A stretch of DNA of 59,689 nt, the filler included, from Squatina squatina (lineage: Eukaryota): NCBI GenBank assembly GCA_031763465.1. It is 4 parts of 4 records of this genome, joined end to end, with 100 filler letters (N's around TTAATTAATTAA, not from the genome) between each part and the next. Parts side by side here need not be neighbours in the genome. Positions count along the whole stretch, not along the records: positions 1 to 13,539 come from JARFOE010000121.1; positions 13,640 to 29,395 come from JARFOE010000100.1; 2 more parts are not named here. One strand, given 5' to 3'. Under the pieces are notes generated by a model. That model had not been told where the DNA came from. It saw nothing but the letters and a program-made list of their open reading frames with translations, and made no database searches. This document shows, piece by piece, positions 12,701-23,603 of the stretch; the first letter of the stretch is position 1, and each line of letters begins with the position of its first letter. Both the position numbers and the translations under genes were made by a program.

Positions 12701-13273
12701 TTCATTAAGATATACACGTCTGAAAGCTGTTTGTATAATCACTGGCTGTCCTCAGTTTGGCCGAAGTTAAGATATTCTGAAGAAATCAGTCACAAACCCT
12801 TGGCTGAAGTGACTGAGGCAGCTGTTTGGCATATAACGGTGGCTGGAATCATCTTTCAACACAATTCGTAAAAAATGTAGCCTTTAGTCTGAAATCACAA
12901 GTACTTCATGGGGGAAAAATTCAACAGCTCCACCCAACCTTTAGCCTATTTTTCCAGTATGTGTTTTCTCCCCTAGCCTCTTTTCACCACATGCGTCAGT
13001 CACACCTGTTCCACAGTCTGGATCAGCTTCATTTACTAAAGGACTGCAAACACACCCATAGTCTATCATTGCAGTTTATTAATTTGTTGTTGGTCAGCTG
13101 TGCTAACTAGCAGTTTTAAATGATCTTCACAGTTTATAGATGAGTACTTTGTAAAGATAACTTTACAGCTGCACCAAACACTGAAGGTAACGGAATGCCA
13201 ATAGATGAGTCATGTGTGAGATGGACGGATCGAATGCCATGTCTGAAGGACACTGAGAACATCAAAACATGAA

Positions 13274-13492
13274 AAAAAGACTTACATTTCTATAGCTCCT
13301 TTCACAACGTCAGGACATCTCAAAGTGCTTTACAGCCATTGAAGTACTTATTGAAGTGTCATCACTGTTGTAATGTAGGAAACACGGCAGCGAAGTTGTG
13401 CACGGCAAGCTCCTGCAAAGAGCAATGTGTTCATGACAGGATAACCTGTTTTCGTGATGTTGAATGAGGGATAAATATTGGCCAGGACAAAA
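13274..13492 (-). mobile_element. Deu-SINE 3' half with L2-like tail
   Basis: aaagacttacatttctatagctcctttcacaacgtcaggacatctcaaagtgctttacagcc... is the reverse complement of the SINE tail also seen near 19990, 25300 and 29350. Confidence 0.8.
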
Positions 13493-13539
13493 GGTAAGCA
13501 TCCGCTGGATATTTCCTCAGAGCTGTTCTCGCACCGCTA

Positions 13540-13639
13540 NNNNNNNNNNNNNNNNNNNNNNNNNNNNNNNNNNNNNNNNNNNNTTAATTAATTAANNNNN
13601 NNNNNNNNNNNNNNNNNNNNNNNNNNNNNNNNNNNNNNN
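13540..13639. other. Artificial scaffold-joining spacer N44-TTAATTAATTAA-N44
   Basis: Exactly 100 nt, with a 12-mer (13584-13595) that gives stops in all six frames; repeated identically twice more. Confidence 0.97.
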
Positions 13640-14344
13640 TCTGATGGGGGTAAGCTTGGCGGGGCAGGGAGGTAGCACTCCTGCTCCTCCTGACCCAGAA
13701 GCAGTGCTGTAGAGTCACATACCTTCTCCCTGAAGCTGTCCTCGCCTTGCTTCAGCTGCCGGGTTTCCCGAGGGCCGGGAAACACCGCCCACCACTGTAA
13801 AACCTGCAAATCAGGTTAAATCCCAGGCTGCCAGCCTCATTAAGATATTTAAAATGCCAACCCACTTCCTGGGAGCAGGTTGTCTGATCGGCCCTTGTCC
13901 CGCCCCTGTAATACCCACAAGATGCATTTGGAAATTTTCCCAATTTAACACTCCACCCACACCCAATCCCATGCGCTGATTGATTTGATTCTCGTGACAT
14001 CTTGCATTTCTCGAGGTTTATTTTGGGTTCCACTGTATAATACTGCCCCTACAAAGCATTGTTTCCTGTGAATGGTTTTTGCAAACATCATAAAAAAAAT
14101 CAATATGAACGAAATGACCCCACCTACAATGTAGATGGTAGCCATAGAAATAGCGAATATAATATTTGAACCGTTAAGAACTAATAAAGTCCTGTAATAA
14201 AAGGATTATGCTTATATTTTACTTTCTCCTCCTGTTACTAAAAAAAGAGAAAAAAAGGAATGACCCTCCTGTTCCATTAGTAGGCTAGCATTTTGAAACC
14301 ATCCCAGTTCACAGATATCTAGATCTTTACACTCTTCCAGTTCT

Positions 14345-14530
14345 GCCCACTTCTACATCACCGATTTCCATCACTCCACCATTGGGGCCGTGCCTTCAGT
14401 TACCGAGACCCTGAGCTCTGGAATTCCCTCCCGAAACCTCTCCGCCTCTCAACCTCTCTTTCTTCCTTTAATACGCTCCTAAAACCTACCTCTTTGAGCA
14501 AGCTTTTGGTCACCAGTCCTAATATCACCT
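14345..14530 (+). mobile_element. L2 LINE 3' fragment
   Basis: ccaccattggggccgtgccttcagttacc...ctctggaattccctccc...aaaacctacctcttt gives the L2 C-terminus (G-RAFS...LWNSLP...KTYLF). Confidence 0.8.
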
Positions 14531-15166
14531 TATATGGAGATAATAGGAATTACAAGACAAATACTACCGCTATGCATTTCAATCCTCTGCAGTGTAACCA
14601 GACAGTCTATTAACAGTAATGGTTACTATGCCAGACTAGGATGATTGCATAGCAACACACACAGGTTGATCAGAAAAAGACAGGGAAAACTCAATTAGGT
14701 TTTCTGCTTCTGGCCACAGTTCAGTGACTCCTGTTAGAACATGTGCATGTATGGACATGGGGTAAGGACACGAGCATACTTGGCTGATACCCCATGAATT
14801 TGAATAGCCTAATGATATTCACTGTCAAGGATCATACATGATGAATGAACATTTGGGTGAGTTACCAGAGTGTCTGAAGCCAATGGAACCATAATCCAGT
14901 TAAAGTTGGTGGGAGGACAGTAGAGTATTTGGTGGAAGGTAGGATAAAATAATCAGGGCTCATTCTGTGCTCATCTATTCGGTACGTGAACCTTGTGTCT
15001 CCCCTTGATGCAACTTGTGACTGAAAGTTTGTTCCACTATTGTGATTTTATAGTATTTTTCAAGTTATTAAAACTATCTGGGAATGAGAACATGTTCCTG
15101 TAATGCCCTTTAAATCTAACCAATGTNNNNNNNNNNACCAATGTTTCATTCTTCACTGAACTCTAG

Positions 15167-15245
15167 ATTTCGGCGAGAATTTACACAAGGTGTGGAACCT
15201 GACTGGATCATTACACGGATACAGCATTTTAAATTATTGGAGTGA
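15167..15245 (+). CDS. MAIP1: Terminal coding exon of matrix AAA peptidase-interacting protein 1 (C2orf47)
   Basis: ctctag acceptor, then A TTT CGG...GAG TGA = FRREFTQGVEPDWIITRIQHFKLLE*, matching the recalled human C-terminus FQREFTQGVKPDWTIARIEHSKLLE. It lies upstream of SPATS2L on the same strand, as in human. Confidence 0.88.
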
Positions 15246-15544
15246 TTCTGCTGAAAATCTTACTGTACGGATGTTACTGTGTGTTTCATAGCCAATAAGA
15301 AAGACTTACAAGATTGATTCCTTTTTGACTTAGAGGTTTTATTTTTTAATGGAGTTACTCTTGTAAAATTCAAGCACCGTATTGGATGCTGATCTTGCAT
15401 GAATGGAACTTTCTATGCTGTGTAACTGTTGTGAATGATCGACCNNNNNNNNNNNNNNNNNNNNNNNNNNNNNNNNNNNNNNNNNNNNNNNNNNNNNNNN
15501 NNNNNNNNNNNNNNNNNNNNNNNNNNNNNNNNNNNNNNNNNNNN

Positions 15545-16352
15545 ACCTCTATCAACTCTCCTCTTAACCTTCTCTGCTCTAAGGAGAACAAACCCAGCTT
15601 CTCCGGTCTCCACAGATAACTGAAGCCCCTTATCCCTGGCACCATTCCAGTAAATCTCTTCTGTACCCTCGCCAAGGCCTTGACATCCTTCCTAAAGTGT
15701 GGTGCCCTGAATTGAACCCTCTGCTACAGCTGAGGCCTAGCCAATGTTTTATAAAGACTCAGCATAACTTTCTTGCTTTTGTACTCTATTCTTCTGTTGA
15801 CAAAGCCAAGGATTCCATATGCTTTTTTAACAGCCATCTCAAATTTTCTTGCCACCTTCAAAGATTAATGTACATACATCCCCAGGTCTCTCTGTTTCTG
15901 CACCCTCTAAAATTGCACTATTTAGTTCACTTTTCCTCTCCTCAATCTTCCAACCAAAATGTATCGCTTCACACCTCTCTGTGTTAAATTTGATCTGTCA
16001 CGTGTCTACCCATTTTACCAGTCTGGCTCTATGTCCTCCTGAAGTCTGTTACTATCCTCCTCATTATTTAATATATTTCTGAATTTCTATACATCTGCAA
16101 ACTTGGAAATAATGGCCTGTATACATACCCAAATCCAATTCACTCATATATGTCAAAAAGGGCAGTGGTTCTAATACCGACCCATGGTGAACATCACTAT
16201 ATGCTGAAAATCAACTGTTCACCACTAATCTCTGCTTACTGACTTTTGGCCAATTTTGTATCCATCCATTGCCCCTTTAAACCTATGGGCTTTAATTTTA
16301 TTAACACATCTATTATGTGGTACTTTGCCAAACGCCATTTGAAAGTCCATAT
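15545..16352 (-). mobile_element. CR1 LINE ORF2 (RT and C-terminal region), degenerate
   Basis: Translated pieces YMDFQMAFGKVPHNR and ARVQKRFTGMVPGIRGFSY..LGLFSLEQRRLRGELIE are CR1 ORF2 motifs. Confidence 0.92.
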
Positions 16353-16355
16353 ACA

Positions 16356-16470
16356 TAACATAGAAACATAGAAAATAGGAGCAGGAGTAGGCCATTCGGC
16401 CCTTCGAGCCTGCTCCGCCATTCAAATTCAGTATCTTGTTCCTGCTTTCTCCCCATATCCCTTGATCTCT
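16356..16470 (-). mobile_element. CR1 3' terminus (younger copy)
   Basis: catagaaacatagaaaataggagcaggagtaggccattcggcccttcgagcctgctccgccattcaa. Confidence 0.85.
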
Positions 16471-16904
16471 TTTTGTTGAGTTGTAGAGATCAGGATGCAA
16501 GACATGTCTTTATTTATTCATGAGAATGAAATAGAAAATTCCAATGCGGGATTATTCTTGGAACTGATACAGAACTTTCAAGTTATTTAGTACTGTTTAG
16601 AGACAATTATCAGATATTATTGCATTTTTCTACCAAATGTAATGTTGAGCAACATTAGCAGGGAGTAGAATATTCTAGAAATCAGGAGAAATTGATACAA
16701 TTGGACTTTGGGAAAACAGCTCAAGAAGTAATGCCATATAATGATGTGCCTCTGATTCAATAAAACTTAAGTAAAACCAGAGAGCTTAAAGGAATATTAA
16801 CACTGGCAGCAGGCTAATGGTTATTCTCACTGAGGACTGTTTACTGTTATAGTTCAACAGTCATTTCAAATGGTAATGTCTTATTGCAAATATCCCTTCT
16901 CCCC

Positions 16905-17278
16905 CAATTTTTTCCTCTTCCCTTCCTGCTGCTTCTGAAGGCGTTGACTCTAGCAGGGGCTCAGTACTATAGAAGTCCACAGTCTCTGGCACGTTGACTA
17001 AGTTGGCCATTCCTTACGTGTGAGCCATGATAGTGAGGCTCTTCAACTACTGAAGGCATCAAAGATGAGCCCAATGGTGTCCTCACTCAGTGTCCACGTG
17101 TAAGCACTTTACAACAGGGAGCAACCAAGTGTGGTGATTTCTCCCTTCTCTAACTCAGGGATCAGCAACCTTACTGCTGCTTTGGCTGAGATTAGCTAAC
17201 TCAGCACATGCTGGAGATCAAAACTAGGACCATCCTGGTTTGTGTGGCTCAGTACAATTGCCACTGAGCCATCAAGGT
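16905..17278 (-). mobile_element. tRNA-derived SINE-like repeat, family unassigned
   Basis: Reverse complement starts gatggctcagtgg (A-box-like)...gttttgatctcc (degenerate B box)...tgtgctgagttagctaatctcagcc. Related copies lie at about 14680-14930 (+) and 54725-55055 (-). Confidence 0.6.
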
Positions 17279-18574
17279 AGCAATTATAATTTTCTAATAT
17301 TTACGGTGATTTACAAAATTATTTCCCTGTGCTTACTTTTTTTTAAAGAATAGAATACCATGAACGAACAGCTAAATGAGAGCTCGAGTGGAGGGACACA
17401 AATGCCGGCATGGACTGGTTGGGCCGACTGGCCCACTTTGTGCTGTATATTCTATATAATTCTATAAATACCTATTTGTGAGACAAATTATCTGGACCAG
17501 CTTTTCTTAAGCACTGTGCTGAAGCTGCATTCAGCTTCTTTACATTAAATCAGAAATGATGTGGAAAAACTGAGCCCAAAACTGGGAAGAAAATCATATT
17601 GCTGGTACCATGTGCAATTTGCAGATGAAAGGCTTTTGCCTGCCAAAAAACCTTGTGTGGCAGATTGAATGTGNNNNNNNNNNNNNNNNNNNNNNNNNNN
17701 NNNNNNNNNNNNNNNNNNNNNNNNNNNNNNNNNNNNNNNNNNNNNNNNNNNNNNNNNNNNNNNNNNNNNNNNNTCTGATGTATTTGTGACTGTTATATAC
17801 CTATCATTACTTCAGGCCCAAAATAAAACCTGAAAAATAGCCCAAAAAGCTGTAATTTGTTGTATAGCTATTTTCCTTTCAATGAATCTGTCTTATCAAA
17901 CATAAATGAAATGAAACAGATGATGTTCCAGGAATGGAATTATCATTAGGAGTCTGTAAATCACAAAAATTATCAACCCCACAGTCCACATTCTTCCCCC
18001 CACCCAGTAACCCACACCAACAGCACATCCTGCTGGCCCCCTGCTATTGGTGATCTTTGTGCTTTGCATAGTGTTGGTTCAGGGTAACAGACTGAGACTG
18101 TATTGGACCTCTCATGTGTGCTTTTCTTATGTACAGACTTGCAAAATGATATTTGAACAGTTTGTTTTCTGTACCTCCTAAAGGCAGACAAGAAAAGCCT
18201 ATTCAAGTACTTCTGGCTTCCCACTGGCATGACAAACGCTGAGTCATTGGTACTCTGAGACATTCCTGTGAGTCAAAGAAATCCATCAGGTATGCAGATA
18301 TTTTGTAAGTAATTCCAGAGAATAGACACACAGACAACTGTCCAACAAAATACAGTAGCCCCTTTATAACATTATTAAGGCAGTGGCCTTGACAATTTGA
18401 TTCATTTGACTCAGCTTTAATGTAAGTTTAGCCTTTACTGAAATGACCTTTTCAGTCCTGAAGAAATTTCTTGTCAGTTTTAGGTAGAATTCCCAGGTTA
18501 AATCTGCAGTCAGATGGTAATTGCTCTAGCACAGGCACATGGTATAATTTCAAGTACATAGTTCACCTGAGACC

Positions 18575-18705
18575 TTCAGTCTGATGAAGGGTACACACCT
18601 GGAATGTCATGAACTCTTTTTTTTTTCTTTACAGATGTTGACTGATGTACTGTGTATTCCTCGAATGTTCTGTTTTTATTTCAGATTTCTAGTATTTGCT
18701 GTTTT
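18575..18705 (+). mobile_element. Penelope-like terminal repeat remnant with degenerate hammerhead core
   Basis: ctgatgaagggtacacacctggaatgtc...acagatgttg...gttctgtttttatttcagattt. Related copies lie at 39515-39541, 53163-53255 and 57280-57380. Confidence 0.55.
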
Positions 18706-20257
18706 CCACGTCTATTATCCAACATGAAGTTCGGCAGTCTTGAAGTAAGTGTTCTGTTTAAAGCATCTATTGAAGCTTTGGTACCTGTCAATCCAGAAGC
18801 CACCAACGTCCTTAGAAGCTCTTCCTGGTGTTTTGATGCTGCAGGAATTTCTAAGGCTGTCATGGTCTCCAAGGTANNNNNNNNNNNNNNNNNNNNNNNN
18901 NNNNNNNNNNNNNNNNNNNNNNNNNNNNNNNNNNNNNNNNNNNNNNNNNNNNNNNNNNNNNNNNNNNNNNNNNNNNGTTCAATCATTGGTTTAAACTCAG
19001 ACTTTTTATTTACATAAGAATTGATGTCTGTCCTGTTACTGCTTTTTTTAAAACTGTGCTAGCTTTGTGTACATTTATATATTTTATAAATTAAATATTT
19101 TCCAGACACTGGTTTTGCACTGTGTGCTGGCTTTGTTCTGTTTACACAACTGGCAGTCATAGTCCAGAGTGAGCAAAGCTATTCTTGTGGTTCTTAAGGT
19201 AGCCTGATGTAAGAATGGAATGTGTGCAACTATGAAATGTTCTGGTCTACGCCTTCACTATATTCAAATTCCAGTCTCATTCGTGATTTTTATTAGCACA
19301 GTATTTATGACNNNNNNNNNNAACTATATTGTAGTTGCTGGACTTTAAAAAAAAAACTATTTTTCAAATGTTATAGTATATAGAAAAAGGTAAAACTGTG
19401 TAAAGTTGATCAATTACTGGTTGATATTGCATAATATTATTGTATACCCTAACAGAAAGTAAGGTAAGTCAGGGAAAGATGAAGACAGATCAGAGAGAAG
19501 ACAGTGACAATTTATGTTAATAACTTCAAAATGATTTCAGATGTTGCATAAAGGTTAGGACTGCTGGGTTATTTCCAGACATTCCATTATATTGAGTGTC
19601 CTTAATTTATTCACTGGCTTTTATAGATTCAGATGACATTGATTTTTAGTCCGGCTTTTAACACTTTTAACATAGACTACATTTACAACAGTAATATGCA
19701 ACTTCATGAGCCAGTAATGCAATTTTTCTAATTCTGCTTCAAAGACAATGTCAGACAATTTTAAGCATCATTGATAAAGTAATGCGTTTTTTGTTTCTCT
19801 TGGCTCTGAGTACGAAACTGGGAAATGTAATATTGTTTGCACTCTAATCATGCTGATGGAGTCAAGATGGTCACCAGTAATGTGGTCAGGATGTGATTAG
19901 GGATGAGCCACATGTGCATAGCCATTGGAACACAAGGATCCACAGACTGAGAGGTGATACACTGGTGCATTGTATCTGCGTGTCATACAAAAAGAAAGAC
20001 TTGCATTTATATAGCACCTTTCACAACCTCAGGTCGTACCAAAGTGCTTGACAGCCAATGAATTACCTTTGAACTGTAGTTACTGTTGTTCTGTAGAAAA
20101 CGCAGCATAGCAATTNNNNNNNNNNNNNNNNNNNNNNNNNNNNNNNNNNNNNNNNNNNNNNNNNNNNNNNNNNNNNNNNNNNNNNNNNNNNNNNNNNNNN
20201 NNNNNNNNNNNNNNNGGAGTGTTACTTATTTATTAATGAACCTGTTCCCTATTCCAG

Positions 20258-20366
20258 ATCACTGCTGTTCGAACTGTGGTTCCAAACAGAAGTAATAATG
20301 AAATTGTCCTGGTGCTGCAACACTTCGATAACAACGTGAACAAGGCAGTGCAGGCCTTCATGGATG
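20258..20366 (+). CDS. SPATS2L: SPATS2-like protein exon (N-terminal UBA-like region)
   Basis: attccag acceptor, 109 nt, gtaaag donor. ITAVRTVVPNRSNNEIVLVLQHFDNNVNKAVQAFMDG matches the SPATS2/SPATS2L family; the adjacent MAIP1 supports SPATS2L. Confidence 0.92.
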
Positions 20367-20899
20367 GTAAAGAAATGGCTTCTGCCCTTGCTGCCATTAT
20401 AAATAAGTTTGACAATACCCTCAAACATTCAGCTCTGTGTTTCACCATAAATTCGTCCTAAGATACACTGCATGCTGATCACGTCCACTGCTTCATTCAT
20501 GGAAGTGTTTCACAATATAAAGTTGAACCAAGTTAATCTGGTAACAAGATGTTATAGATGGTTTCTTTGATGCCTGATGCCAAAGGGGGTGAAATGTCCC
20601 CCTCATTTCCTCTGAGATTAATGACCCACCAACAAAATGTTTTTTGAGTTTTCACAATTTTGTTAACAGGTCATTAATTATGGAGAAAAAGCAGTCATTC
20701 TCTCATTTCTTTAAAAAAAAGAGGAATTTCAGGACCACATAGGCCCCATTATCAGTGAGTATGGCAAATTAAAAGGGGAACGAGTTTATGTCATAGAATT
20801 AGTGACAGCTAGGTCTCAACATTTCACAAGCATGGGGTTGCTTTTCATATTACACCAATGATACCTTGCTTCGATTCTCCACTAACACCCTTGATTTCT

Positions 20900-21580
20900 T
20901 AACATTTGCCATGATGTCAGGATGCCTGTCCAACAGATGGATGAGTCAGGAATTATTGCAGATCAATGTCGGCGAGCTTGAAGTCATCCCGCTGGCTCTT
21001 GCCAGAAACTCTGTGCTTTACCCTAACCCCCCTTCCCGATGTCCACTCAAGTTCANNNNNNNNNNNNNNNNNNNNNNNNNNNNNNNNNNNNNNNNNNNNN
21101 NNNNNNNNNNNNNNNNNNNNNNNNNNNNNNNNNNNNNNNNNNNNNNNNNNNNNNNGAACACTGGTGCCTACATCCTATGTCACACACAATGCCACTCCGA
21201 ACCTTACCAATCTTCATTAACTCTCCACCCCTCGACACATCGATTTTAAGATTCTCATCCTTGTCCTCCAATCCCTCCATGGTCTCGTACCTCCGTATGC
21301 CTGCAGCCTTCTCCAAACTACGTCCCTGTCAGCACCCTCTGCACATGTTTCCTAACCGAACCAGTGGCAGGGCTTTCTGCCATCTTTCCCCCACACTCTG
21401 GTATTCTCTAAGCTCACCAGATCTCTTCGCACTTTAAAAAGCCTTTTTAAAACTCAGCCCTGACCTCACTTTTGGACATTTCTGCCAAACCTCCCCCTCC
21501 TGCTAGGCTCTGACATTGAACTGTGAAATGCCTTAGGCCTTTCACTATGTTAAAGGCACAATGTCAATGCAGGTTGTTGT
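20900..21580 (+). mobile_element. L2 LINE ORF2 fragments, split by a gap
   Basis: CLSNRWMSQELLQINVGELEVI before the gap; ttaagattctcatccttgtc...ggcagggctttctgc...ctctggtattctct and an L2 tail after it. Confidence 0.7.
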
Positions 21581-21890
21581 TCTGTTAACATGGTTATACA
21601 GTCATCGTTAAATCACAGGAGCATTGTGCAGAGAATTATTCTAAGAGAACCCTGTTATAAAGGGTGCAGCTGCACAAGCTCATTATTATGTTTTACACTT
21701 TTTGACATTGGATATGAAACAAGACTCAATGTAATTTGTACAAACTCATTTAATATGAGAACTCTCAAAGATCTAATTATGTTACATATGACTATGTTAA
21801 AAGACATATGTATCATGTGGAGAGAGCCTAGTCTGGGAGGTAATGCTGTAATTCACATGTTAAGCTTCTCATTGAGAGTTGAGAATGAAC

Positions 21891-22046
21891 GGCTCAGAAT
21901 TTCCTCGGAGCTGCTCCCATTTCACTGTCATAACTTTGCCGGAAATGCAGTAGAAATTCCGTTGAGAGGTGTAAAAGGGATTTCCACTGCACTTCTGGTA
22001 AAGTTACAGCGGCAGAGCGGGAGCAGCTCCGAGGAAGTTCCCAGCC
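21891..22046. mobile_element. 156-bp palindromic MITE (Harbinger-like)
   Basis: GGCTCAGAATTTCCTCGGAGCTGCTCCC ... GGGAGCAGCTCCGAGGAAGTTCCCAGCC; arms pair over most of the length and the flanks are aac/aat. Truncated relatives at about 13503 and 41447. Confidence 0.85.
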
Positions 22047-22233
22047 AATTTGTTCGAATGAATGCTCCTGAATAAACAAAGAGATTGGGATTCTGTAAAG
22101 GGAATGCTTTTCCTTTGATGTTATTGAAACCCTGTTCCACACACACAAACCTAGTCATTTTAGTTCATTGCTAAAGGAAGCTGTTATTAGGTAATACTGA
22201 CGTTCCCTTNNNNNNNNNNTTGCTCTTGGTCAG

Positions 22234-22283
22234 GCAGTGCAATGGAGGTTTTGAAAGAATGGAACGTGCCAGGTAAAAAGAAG
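22234..22283 (+). CDS. SPATS2L: SPATS2L exon
   Basis: ggtcag acceptor, 50 nt, gtaagc donor; (G)SAMEVLKEWNVPGKKK, in phase with the preceding exon. Confidence 0.92.
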
Positions 22284-22374
22284 GTAAGCTTGAGAAGCCT
22301 TATTTTCAAATGTGCAGTACTAAATTGTACTATTTTGTTGGCAATACCAATAATCTAACAATTATTTCACCCAG

Positions 22375-22494
22375 CACAATAAGAAAAGGAAAAGAAAACC
22401 AAAACAGCCAAATGGCCAGGTGAAGGAAGAGAAGGAGAGGCCTGACAGCCTGGAAGAGAATGCAGAACCCACATGCTGCAATACCATTCTTCAG
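22375..22494 (+). CDS. SPATS2L: SPATS2L exon (basic, NLS-like region)
   Basis: ttcacccag acceptor, 120 nt, gtattc donor; HNKKRKRKPKQPNGQVKEEKERPDSLEENAEPTCCNTILQ continues the KKK/NKK basic tract in phase 0. The 3' boundary is less certain. Confidence 0.75.
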
Positions 22495-22676
22495 GTATTC
22501 TGTGATTTATTTGCCTGATTGATAGGGCACAAGTGCATAGCAAAAAATGTGGAGTGGCAATAGAGTGCACATAGGGATAGCTGTCCTTCTTTACATCCAA
22601 TGGGCTACCTGTTCTCCTCACACAGCAATAGCACAGACACATTCCTGAACCACAACTTTCATCAGAATACCAACTG

Positions 22677-22863
22677 GAGCAATTTTAACCTAACACACCC
22701 GGCAGGAAAGTGAACGGATCAGGTTGAAAGCTGAACTTGCACCCTGCGCTATTTTAATCTTGATTGATGTCAATGGAGAGCAAATTCGGGTGGGGTGTAA
22801 AATTGGCACTGGACACGATCTGATCAGTTGCCTGCCTGGTTGGTTAGGTTAACATTATGACCC
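22677..22863. mobile_element. Degenerate palindromic MITE
   Basis: gagcaattttaacctaac ... gttaggttaacattatgaccc inverted ends with a central ttgatgtcaa. Confidence 0.65.
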
Positions 22864-22884
22864 AAGTGTCAATGCCCATTTAAA

Positions 22885-23004
22885 AAAATATGTTCATGGA
22901 TTATGGGTGTCGCTGGCAAAGCCAGCCAGTATTGCCCATCCCTAATTGCCCCTGAGAAGGTGGTGATGAGCCGCCTTCTTGAACCGCTGCAGTCCGTGTG
23001 GTGA
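22885..23004 (-). mobile_element. LINE 3' end, clade unassigned
   Basis: attgcccatccctaattgcccctgagaaggtggtgatgagccgccttcttgaaccgctgcagtcc; inverted homolog at 51573-51725. Confidence 0.7.
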
Positions 23005-23377
23005 ANNNNNNNNNNNNNNNNNNNNNNNNNNNNNNNNNNNNNNNNNNNNNNNNNNNNNNNNNNNNNNNNNNNNNNNNNNNNNNNNNNNNNNNNNNNNNNN
23101 NNNNNGTTATAAGTACAGTTGTTGAAATTATCTATTGCTTTGTTCAATAAAAATTGAATTACTCTCACTTTCATCTATGCATTTTCCCTGATAATTAAAG
23201 GTCTGTTTAAGTGCCGGCTCAGAATGGTGGTCAGTGACAGTGTGGAGAGTTACACTCACTGTAATCCTACAGTCACGATGGCTGGTTATGGACACAATTT
23301 ATAATTACCCTGTAAAACAGGCAAGATATTACGAAACTACCTAATGATGATACTGACGATTGTGTTTCTCAAAATAG

Positions 23378-23513
23378 GCACGAGCATTGAAAAGTCGGTG
23401 AAAGATCTGCAGCGATGCACTGTCTCGTTGGCCAGATACCAACTCCTGATCAAAGAGGAAATGGATGCTTCCGTGAAGAAGATCAAGGCTACCTTTGCAG
23501 AGTTGCAGGCCTG
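23378..23513 (+). CDS. SPATS2L: SPATS2L exon (DUF1387 coiled coil)
   Basis: aaaatag acceptor, 136 nt, gtaagg donor; (G)TSIEKSVKDLQRCTVSLARYQLLIKEEMDASVKKIKATFAELQA(C). Confidence 0.95.
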
Positions 23514-23603
23514 GTAAGGGGTTCTAAATCTACTATGTGTCAGAGGAAAAATTTACAGTTTTAATAAGAACATTTTTCAAGAATTTGCTTCATAAAAGAC
23601 TTC

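Noticed and set aside
13945-14145. Assigning the AKTIHRKQC hydrophobic ORF as the transmembrane exon of the CDHR gene
   Set aside because: It lies on a different scaffold, beyond the spacer, and on the wrong (5') side of the ectodomain exons.
19456-19463. Possible 8-nt microexon (cag|aaagtaag|gtaagt)
   Set aside because: No polypyrimidine tract, not a multiple of three, and no supporting homology.
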